From positions 5,015 to 69,014 of the forward strand of contig JBDRNV010000002.1 in NCBI GenBank assembly GCA_043810695.1: a DNA stretch of 64,000 nt, written 5' to 3'. The position numbers and the translations under genes are program-made. This document shows positions 55,709 to 63,050 of the stretch, in pieces (positions within the stretch are counted from its first letter, which is position 1; each line of letters opens with the position of its first letter). This DNA comes from Nanobdellota archaeon (lineage in GTDB: Archaea > Nanobdellota > Nanobdellia > Pacearchaeales > GW2011-AR1). Below the pieces are notes generated by a model. The model saw nothing but the letters and a program-made list of their open reading frames with translations, ran no database searches and was not told the DNA's origin.

Positions 55709-56089
55709 ATGAAAAAAATATTAATACAAGATAGATTTTCTACTGATAGTCATATTGATTCATTAAAGAATCTTTTAGAGTTGGAGTTTAAGGATAAACA
55801 AATTGAATTCAATCTTGTTTTCTGTTTGAGAGGCGCTAAATTTCCTATAATCGATTACAATTTAATTATTTCACACCCACCTATTTTTGATAATTGCTGT
55901 GTTCCATTGATTGAACAAGCTGTTAGAAAGAATGTTCCTGTTGTTTTTAGATATCATACTAAATATCCTCATGGTAATGAAATAGAAGCCATAGCTCAAA
56001 ATCTTGGGATGGATATAAACTATAGTAGTAGTGGAAATTGGAGAGAAGTATATGGTAATATAATCAAAAAGTTTATAGAAAAAGATTAA
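55709..56089 (+). CDS. hypothetical protein (cassette ORF, antisense to the ribosomal operon)
   Basis: 126-aa ORF whose stop abuts the rps7-end copy. Confidence 0.4.
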   Translation: MKKILIQDRFSTDSHIDSLKNLLELEFKDKQIEFNLVFCLRGAKFPIIDYNLIISHPPIFDNCCVPLIEQAVRKNVPVVFRYHTKYPHGNEIEAIAQNLGMDINYSSSGNWREVYGNIIKKFIEKD

Positions 56090-56114
56090 TTATCGTGCGC
56101 TATCTACCTGCTTT
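56090..56114. repeat. degenerate copy of the rps7 3' end
   Basis: ttatcgtgcgctatctacctgcttt vs ttatcgtgccgagtcggcttgcttt at 56154-56178. Confidence 0.6.
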
Positions 56115-56153
56115 ACTTTGACCAAGCTTGGGCGAAGTAATGAAAGCCGACAA
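56115..56153. repeat. 39-nt near-palindromic element (CCAAGCTTGG core)
   Basis: ACTTTGACCAAG|CTTGGGCGAAGT (10/12 arm pairs) plus aatgaaagccgacaa. Confidence 0.7.
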
Positions 56154-56774
56154 TTATCGTGCCGAGTCGGCTTGCTTTTCAGATTCAATTTTCTTTTTAA
56201 CAGCAAAGCTTTCTTGATTTCCTTCAGAAGCAAGCATTATTTCTTCTGCAATTCCCTGAGCAAGATCTTTTTTCTTGCCGAATGCTTTTTCAGAAGCACC
56301 ATGAATAATATGCTTTAAAGCAAGATTTACTCTTCTTAAAGGAGATACGTCAACTGCCTGGGGATATCTTGCTCCACCATATTCTATTACTGTTATTTCA
56401 TCTCTTGGTGCAGAATTTTCAACAGCTTTTATGAGAATCTCTATAGGATTTTTTCCTGTTTTTTTTGCTATTTGTTCAAAAGCATCAAGTACAATCCCTG
56501 TATTTTTTGAATATTTTCCAGTTGAAGTCCCAACCATAAGTTTATGTTTTTTTCCTCTATGCCCTGCAACACCTATTTTATTTATCAGCCTTTCAACTAT
56601 ATTGACTTTTGTCTGCCCGAATTTCTGAACATTTCTTCCATGGCTTTTCAGAGCCAGCTTTGGAGTTAGGTTTATCGCATCCTTAAGTCCTACATCTTTT
56701 ACCTGAATTCCTTCTGTCTCATATAAATCAAAAATTTTGAATGTAAGTGGCTGTATGTTTTTTTGTTCTGTCAT
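56154..56774 (-). CDS. rps7: 30S ribosomal protein S7 (uS7)
   Basis: 'VNIVERLINK', 'IEYGGARYPQAVDVSP.RR' conserved uS7 blocks. Confidence 0.9.
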   Translation of the reverse strand: MTEQKNIQPLTFKIFDLYETEGIQVKDVGLKDAINLTPKLALKSHGRNVQKFGQTKVNIVERLINKIGVAGHRGKKHKLMVGTSTGKYSKNTGIVLDAFEQIAKKTGKNPIEILIKAVENSAPRDEITVIEYGGARYPQAVDVSPLRRVNLALKHIIHGASEKAFGKKKDLAQGIAEEIMLASEGNQESFAVKKKIESEKQADSAR

Positions 56775-56775
56775 T

Positions 56776-56997
56776 TTATCTTGATGTTAATGGAGTTTTT
56801 CTTTCAGATATAATTATTTTTGTTTTTAAATTTAGATAAAGAATTCGAGATCCTTTATTTATATCAAATTCATTTACAACATATAAATTATCTCCTCTTT
56901 CTTCTACTTTTATGAGTTCATCATATCTGTCTTCTTCTTCATTTATTCTGCTTGTTTTTCCTTCTCCACGCAAAATTTTATCTAGGAATCTTGTCAT
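56776..56997 (-). CDS. unknown 73-aa protein embedded between rps12 and rps7
   Basis: 1-2 nt spacers to both neighbours. Confidence 0.45.
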   Translation of the reverse strand: MTRFLDKILRGEGKTSRINEEEDRYDELIKVEERGDNLYVVNEFDINKGSRILYLNLKTKIIISERKTPLTSR

Positions 56998-56999
56998 TT

Positions 57000-57320
57000 T
57001 TATGCTCCCATCTTACTATTTAATTCGGAATGATAACTTTTTTGCTGAACAAAATCTTTTATGTTAGTAAAGTCTTCTCCAAAATCCATTTTATATTCAT
57101 TTACTTTTATTTTATCCTTGTATATATAAACAATACTAGTTCTAAATTTAGTTCTATCTTTTCTTTCTAAAATTAAGAAACCACTTCCCATATCAATCAA
57201 TTGGTTTGCTGTATGATAAATATGCGGAATTAATTCTTCTAATTGTTCAGCCCCAAAAATATTTTCAACACCTACTAATTCCTCATATAAGTCCTCTGTT
57301 GTGTTTTCTAAATTAATCAT
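57000..57320 (-). CDS. unknown 106-aa protein embedded between rps12 and rps7
   Basis: ATGA start/stop overlap with rps12. Confidence 0.45.
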   Translation of the reverse strand: MINLENTTEDLYEELVGVENIFGAEQLEELIPHIYHTANQLIDMGSGFLILERKDRTKFRTSIVYIYKDKIKVNEYKMDFGEDFTNIKDFVQQKSYHSELNSKMGA

Positions 57321-57739
57321 CTTCTACCCTTCTCTATCTTGCCTTTTACAAGCAAATGCAAAGACTGGTCATTTACATGAATAACTTTAAATCGAACACC
57401 TGGAATATCTCCTTTTGTTCTTCCTTGTTTTCCGCCTATTCTTTCAATCATTACTTCATCATGCTCATCAAGAAATCTCTGCGCAAGATTTCCAGGAATA
57501 AACGCTGTTACAAATTTTCCATTTTTTGTAAGCTGAACCTTGCAGCATTTTCTCATCGCAGAGTTTGGCTGTTTTGCTTCTTTCTGGATTTTTTGTATGA
57601 CAATTCCCTTTGCCTGATTTGCCCCTTCAAGCGGATCTGCTTTTGCATAAAGCCCGAGAGTTTTCACCTTGTAATGCCTATCACTCCATCTAAATTTCTT
57701 TCTGTTTTTCTTAAGTTTTAATGCGTTTTTTAATCCCAT
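57317..57739 (-). CDS. rps12: 30S ribosomal protein S12 (uS12)
   Basis: '[28 protein letters not shown]'. Confidence 0.9.
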   Translation of the reverse strand: MGLKNALKLKKNRKKFRWSDRHYKVKTLGLYAKADPLEGANQAKGIVIQKIQKEAKQPNSAMRKCCKVQLTKNGKFVTAFIPGNLAQRFLDEHDEVMIERIGGKQGRTKGDIPGVRFKVIHVNDQSLHLLVKGKIEKGRR

Positions 57740-57764
57740 TTTATTACCTTATAATACAATTGAG

Positions 57765-57788
57765 AAATTGCTTTTTAAATGTTTTTGG
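57765..57788 (-). promoter_or_regulatory. conserved BRE/TATA promoter motif upstream of rps12
   Basis: minus strand CCAAAAACATTTAAAAAGCAATTT, ~35 nt before the ATG. Confidence 0.6.
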
Positions 57789-57845
57789 AAAGAATTTATT
57801 GATAAAAGTAAAAACATTTAAGAATAATCTCATGTTTAATAAGAA

Positions 57846-58736
57846 ATGAAAATTCTTTTGATTGGTTGTGGTCTCACTGGCGGCGCAATTGTTTCAAATC
57901 TCATTAGATTAAATAATGTAAAAGAAATCTCTCTATATAGCAGAACCTTAAAAAGTGCTAAGAGATTAGCATTTTCTCTAAATAATAAAAAAGTAAGTGT
58001 TATTAATAATCTTGAGAATATAAAAAACTCCGATTATATAATAATTGTTTTATCAGGAATGAGTGATAGCGCGAGAGAAGAAAGCATATTCAAAAGTAAG
58101 ACAACGTATGAAGTTCGCCAGGATGAACTAAAATATAATTTAGGAGCAATAATTGGAATAGAAAGTTATCTAAAGAAAACTTCTCCTAAAACTAAAATAA
58201 TTGTGGTAACAAATCCTGTTGATGAAATCACCAATTATCTTAGAATAACTCTCAATAACAAAGATATTCTTGGATTTGGATTAGATTTGGATTCTAAAAG
58301 ATATTCAAGGATTCTTGGGAAATCTGTTTTGTGTATAGGAACACATGGAAAAGCTATTCCTTTAATAAATTCTGATTCAGAAAAAAATTATAATCTTTTA
58401 TATAAAAAAGTTGATTTAGAATTGATGGATTATATAAGAAGAAACGGCATTCCACACCAAGCAGCAGGAGAATCTTTTGCAAATTTCTTTTCTAAACTTA
58501 CTTCAAATAAAAAAGAAATAATTCATGTTTCTTATTATCTAAAAAAAGAATTTTTAGGAGTTAAGGACATCTCTATTTCATTACCCTTTATTGTAAGCAA
58601 AGGGAAAATTCTTGGGATAGCAAAAATAAAAGTTAATAATATAGAAAAAAGAAAATTTCTGAATTTAGCTAGTGATCTAAAAAAATCAGTAGATCATATA
58701 CTTCTAACACACGAGAAACTTATTGGTTACAAATAA
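57846..58736 (+). CDS. lactate/malate-dehydrogenase-family protein (divergent)
   Basis: 'MKILLIGCGLTGGAI', 'VVTNPVD', 'LDSKRYSR', 'GTHG' at the catalytic-His position. Confidence 0.6.
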   Translation: MKILLIGCGLTGGAIVSNLIRLNNVKEISLYSRTLKSAKRLAFSLNNKKVSVINNLENIKNSDYIIIVLSGMSDSAREESIFKSKTTYEVRQDELKYNLGAIIGIESYLKKTSPKTKIIVVTNPVDEITNYLRITLNNKDILGFGLDLDSKRYSRILGKSVLCIGTHGKAIPLINSDSEKNYNLLYKKVDLELMDYIRRNGIPHQAAGESFANFFSKLTSNKKEIIHVSYYLKKEFLGVKDISISLPFIVSKGKILGIAKIKVNNIEKRKFLNLASDLKKSVDHILLTHEKLIGYK

Positions 58737-58742
58737 GAATTT

Positions 58743-59156
58743 TCAAACCACTCTAAACTCTTTTCCAAAAAAATTTTCGATGATTTTCTGCATTTCCAGA
58801 AGCCTTCTTTTGTTTCTTCCTATTAGAGCAGCCTTGTTGCTTCCACCTGCGATTATGATTTCATTATTTTTTACTTCCAGATTCTTGAAATTTACAGGAC
58901 TTACAATTGCTCTAATAAAAGTTTCCGCGTTATGAATTCCTTCTGGATATACCACAACCTTTATTCTTCTGCTAAGAATCCTGCTCATTTCTTTTATATT
59001 TCTGCCATTTTCTCCTATTGCCTTTGACAAAAGATATCTTGGAACACAAAAAAATATTGCTTCGTTGTATCTGAAACAGAATCTTGTTCTTATCTTCATT
59101 ATTTTTTCAAATAAATTTAGATAACGCATTTCCTGCATATCAATTGTTTTAACCAT
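58743..59156 (-). CDS. nusA: archaeal NusA-like KH-domain protein
   Basis: 'YLNLFEKI...LLSKAIGENGRNIKEMSRIL' two-KH layout, operon position. Confidence 0.75.
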   Translation of the reverse strand: MVKTIDMQEMRYLNLFEKIMKIRTRFCFRYNEAIFFCVPRYLLSKAIGENGRNIKEMSRILSRRIKVVVYPEGIHNAETFIRAIVSPVNFKNLEVKNNEIIIAGGSNKAALIGRNKRRLLEMQKIIENFFGKEFRVV

Positions 59157-59310
59157 TTTTTGAATATGAATTATTAATGTCCAATCCAGTCATTTAATGA
59201 TAAGCAACATCTATATTAACTTAACTTTAATTCTTTACTATAGCTATATAATTCCCGTAATCTTTTAATTTAATCATATTAAAATATTAATTTAAATCTA
59301 TTAATCCTCT

Positions 59311-62300
59311 TTATTTATCTATCTCATCTATAATCTCTTTTTTTGCAGCCTTTTTCTCAGAATCCTTCTTTGTTAATGGACCAACTACTTTAACAAAAAG
59401 TCCTGGAAGTCCTGTTCCTATAGGGACAGGCTGATTTAATATTACATTTTCTATAACACTTGTGAGCTGATCTTTGCTTCCTTTTATTGTTGCATTTACA
59501 AACTGCTTTACAGGTGTTTCGAAAGTTGCTCGTGCAAGTATCGATGATTTTTGTGCAATAATTCCTATTCTAGTTACCCCCTTTACTTCTCCTGTGTTTG
59601 TCATGGCATCTGCAACAAACTTTAAATGTCTTTTATCTATATTCAAGCCTTGAACATTCAAAACATCTTGAATTTCATTTATTATAAGCTGTCTTGCAGC
59701 CTCTATCCCAAATACAATTGCAACTTCATGGAGATCATTTGAAATTAATAGATTTGGGTCAACTTCTTTCATCTCAAGCATTTTCTTGAGATTTGTTCCA
59801 AGTGTCATTATAATATAATCTCTATCCTTTTTAACTATGAGAACTTGTCTTATTCCTTTGACACCTGAAATTCTTGTCTTCTTGAGTTTTTCCTTAAGTT
59901 GATAGATTTCTTTAAAGCTCATTTCAGATGCATTTAGAACTATTAAATCTCCTTTTTCTTTTGCACTAAATCCTAGCTCCTGAAGTCTTTCAACAATTGT
60001 TTTTAGAGAAACATGTGTTTGCCTAATTCCCTCCTTGTCTATTTTTATTTCTATTTTTTTGTTGCTAAAATCAAGGTCAATTTCAGAGGCAATGTCTTTT
60101 ATTGTTATCTCTTTAATCTTTTCAGCAAAAACTCTGGAATCATTTTCATTATTATATTCTTTTTTCAGATATACTTCCATCTTTGGAGATGAGGGTTTTT
60201 TTCTGGCATCAAAAATTTCTATAAGTCTTGGAAGACCCTGAGTTACCTGCATCTCAGAAATACCAGCGAAGTGGAAAGTTCTTAAGACCATTTGCGTTGA
60301 AGGCTCTCCAAAACTTTGTGCAGTTATTACTCCTATAGCCTCCCCAGGTTCTAATTCTCCATTTATATGAAGCTTTGAAACATCTAAACCATCGTCTCCG
60401 TATATAAACTGGATAATGTTGTTGTTGCTGTCTCTTATTGTTCCGTCATATTCTTTTCTCAAATCCTGCAAGGCATTTGCAAGCCTTCTGTACAAATATC
60501 CAGACTTAGGAGTTCTTAATGCAGTATCCATAAGTGTTGCTCTTCCAGTCATTGCTCCGAAGAAAAATTCATCAGGCCTTAGCCCTTTTATAAATGGACT
60601 TCGTATGAATCCTTTTGCTCTAGGAGATAAATCTCCTTCTTTGAAACAAGAAAGTGTTCTGTTTACATAACCTAAATCAATTCTTTTTCCTTCTAAATCC
60701 TGCTGCCCTACACAGCAAGCCATTTGAGTTATATTAAGCATGTTCCCTCCTCCTCCTGATCTTATCATATGAGTTACAGGATTTTCTTCTGGGAATTCTT
60801 TCTTTACAACCTCTCCTATTTTTGTTCTTATTTCATTCAAAACTTTTAGTATTTTGATTTCCCTTGATTCTTCTTTACTTTTTCCCTGTATTATTTCAAG
60901 TGTTCCTTTATTGTACGCGTCTATTATTTCTTTTGTTTTTTCTTCTGCCTTTTTTATTATTTCTTCACCGCTTTCTATTACTTTTTGTTCTACATCAAGA
61001 TCTCCCAAAGAAATAGTAATTCCGGTATCTGTAAGATAATTTTTCCCAAGATTAAATGCTTTTTTGATAGTTTCAAAAGAAGTTGTTCTTCCGAATTTCT
61101 TATCAATTTCTTTTATTAATAATCCATCTTCATCACCAAAAAGTCCTTTATCTATAATTCCTTTGATTATTTGCCCTTCGTGTATTTTCACCTTGTCTCT
61201 TATAAAGTTTATTTTTGGAAGTATTTCTGAGAAAATTTCTGTTCCCAAAACTGTTTTTTTGGAAAACTGTTTATTAACTCCTGATTTGTAAAGAATCTGA
61301 TTTGCATCTTCTCTTGAAAATTCCTTTAATCCAAGAAGATATCCTCCTGTTATTGCGTCGCTTATGCATCCTACCCAGTTTGTATTATTCTTTGGAGAAA
61401 AAAGATTTTTTTTGACTTCAAGTATAACTTTTGCTTCAGCTCTTGCTTCCTCTGTCTGAGGGCTGTGAATGTTCATTTCATCACCGTCAAAATCAGCGTT
61501 GTATGGTGTTGCAACAGCAGGATGCAGCCTAAATGTTCTTCCTGTCAGAACTTTTACATAATGAGCCATAAGACTTCCTTTATGAAGACTTGGATGTCTA
61601 TTGAATAAAACAATATCTCCATTTTCAAGATGTCTTTCAACTTTATAACCAGGTGTAAGCTCATTAATTACTTCTTCTTTCAATTCATTAGTTATCTTTT
61701 TTCTTTTTCCGTCAGGTCGTATAACATAATTTGCTCCAGGATATTCAGAACCGCTTTGTATAAGTTTTTTTAATCTCTCAATATTTAAGTCATTGACTGT
61801 TTCTGCAACAGTAACTGTTTTTGCAATTTCATAAGGAACTCCTACTTCATTAATTTCTATTGATGGATCAGGCGAGATAACTGTTCTTCCTGAATAATTT
61901 ACTCTTTTACCAGCAAGATTTTTTCTTATTCTTCCTTCTTTTCCTTTAATTCTTTCTGAAATTGTTTTTAGTGGCTGCCCGCTTCTATGTCTTGCAGGAG
62001 GAATTCTTGCAACACTATTATCAAAAAAAGTTGTAATATGAAACTGAAGCAAATCCCACAAATCTTCTATAATGACTTCAGGAGCTCCTGCATTAAGATT
62101 TTCCCATAGTCTTTGATTTGCTCTTATAATATCTGAAAGCTTGTGCGTTAAATCATCTTCGCTTCTTTCACCAGATTCAAGTATGATGCTTGGTCTTACA
62201 GTAACAGGAGGAACAAGAAGAGCTGTCAGAACAGCCCATTCAGGCCTGAAGTTCTTTGGATTTATTCCTATTTTTACAAGCTCTTCGTCCGGAATATTTA

Positions 62301-62796
62301 CAAGTATTTCTCTTATCTCTGTTGGAAAAATTCTTGTTTTTCCTTTATAAAAAGTTGTAGGTTTATCAAGACGAATTTTTTCCTGGGTTGTGTTGCAATG
62401 AGGACATTTTTTTGAATCCTTTGCTTTCTTTACTCTCTGGCTTGGAGTATTTTTTTCAATTTCTTTTTCAGTAAGCATTAATTTCCAGCAGTTGCTGCAG
62501 AAAGCTCTTAGACATAATTCAATTACAGGAATATATTTAAGATGAACAACAGCTCTTGCAAGGTCAATGCTTCCAGAATGTCCTAAACATTCTTTCAATC
62601 TTCCTCCGCATGTTCGACATCTCACACCAGGATCAATTGCACCAAGCCTTAAATCCATTAATCCTCCGTCAACAGGATATCCATCTATATCATAAAGCTC
62701 AGGAGTTACAATCTTTGCAACAGAGATTTTTTTTATCTTGTCAGGACTAAGCAGAGAAAATACTATTTCCTTTATGTTTTTTTTAATCGGTTTCAT
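59311..62796 (-). CDS. rpoA: RNA polymerase largest subunit, A' and A'' parts in a single ORF
   Basis: 'NADFDGDEMN' active site (A' part) and trigger-loop 'GEAIGVITAQSFGEPSTQMVLRTFHFAG' (A'' part) in the same frame; no separate A'' gene downstream. Confidence 0.8.
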   Translation of the reverse strand: MKPIKKNIKEIVFSLLSPDKIKKISVAKIVTPELYDIDGYPVDGGLMDLRLGAIDPGVRCRTCGGRLKECLGHSGSIDLARAVVHLKYIPVIELCLRAFCSNCWKLMLTEKEIEKNTPSQRVKKAKDSKKCPHCNTTQEKIRLDKPTTFYKGKTRIFPTEIREILVNIPDEELVKIGINPKNFRPEWAVLTALLVPPVTVRPSIILESGERSEDDLTHKLSDIIRANQRLWENLNAGAPEVIIEDLWDLLQFHITTFFDNSVARIPPARHRSGQPLKTISERIKGKEGRIRKNLAGKRVNYSGRTVISPDPSIEINEVGVPYEIAKTVTVAETVNDLNIERLKKLIQSGSEYPGANYVIRPDGKRKKITNELKEEVINELTPGYKVERHLENGDIVLFNRHPSLHKGSLMAHYVKVLTGRTFRLHPAVATPYNADFDGDEMNIHSPQTEEARAEAKVILEVKKNLFSPKNNTNWVGCISDAITGGYLLGLKEFSREDANQILYKSGVNKQFSKKTVLGTEIFSEILPKINFIRDKVKIHEGQIIKGIIDKGLFGDEDGLLIKEIDKKFGRTTSFETIKKAFNLGKNYLTDTGITISLGDLDVEQKVIESGEEIIKKAEEKTKEIIDAYNKGTLEIIQGKSKEESREIKILKVLNEIRTKIGEVVKKEFPEENPVTHMIRSGGGGNMLNITQMACCVGQQDLEGKRIDLGYVNRTLSCFKEGDLSPRAKGFIRSPFIKGLRPDEFFFGAMTGRATLMDTALRTPKSGYLYRRLANALQDLRKEYDGTIRDSNNNIIQFIYGDDGLDVSKLHINGELEPGEAIGVITAQSFGEPSTQMVLRTFHFAGISEMQVTQGLPRLIEIFDARKKPSSPKMEVYLKKEYNNENDSRVFAEKIKEITIKDIASEIDLDFSNKKIEIKIDKEGIRQTHVSLKTIVERLQELGFSAKEKGDLIVLNASEMSFKEIYQLKEKLKKTRISGVKGIRQVLIVKKDRDYIIMTLGTNLKKMLEMKEVDPNLLISNDLHEVAIVFGIEAARQLIINEIQDVLNVQGLNIDKRHLKFVADAMTNTGEVKGVTRIGIIAQKSSILARATFETPVKQFVNATIKGSKDQLTSVIENVILNQPVPIGTGLPGLFVKVVGPLTKKDSEKKAAKKEIIDEIDK

Positions 62797-63047
62797 TTGA
62801 TATTTTTAAGGATATCATAAATTTTTACTAAAGTATTATAATTTTTTAAATTACCACCAGCATTAATTGGATTTGGTATTTGTGCGCTTATATAATGAAA
62901 TTTTCCTTTTGTATCTTGTCCTTGCATATTTACAGATATATCTCCACTAGGAAGCACTTCAATTTCTAAAAAACATCGTGCTTTTCCATCTTCACCTATT
63001 AAACTTCCTTCCAAAGACATTAAATTTAATCTTCTTTGCTTGTTCAT
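62793..63047 (-). CDS. unknown 84-aa protein between rpoB and rpoA
   Basis: ATGA overlap with rpoA start; 3 nt after rpoB stop. Confidence 0.4.
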   Translation of the reverse strand: MNKQRRLNLMSLEGSLIGEDGKARCFLEIEVLPSGDISVNMQGQDTKGKFHYISAQIPNPINAGGNLKNYNTLVKIYDILKNIK

Positions 63048-63050
63048 TTT

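Noticed and set aside
1045-56179. The gene-end repeats as a CRISPR array or classical integron
   Set aside because: Spacing is irregular (28 nt to >1 kb). The repeat sequence differs at every locus and equals the neighbouring gene end. No cas or intI gene and no attC R'/R'' core (GTTRRRY/RYYYAAC) were found by eye.
62793-63047. The 84-aa ORF as RpoH
   Set aside because: It is in the wrong position (RpoH precedes rpoB), and I saw no resemblance to the conserved RpoH C-terminal block.
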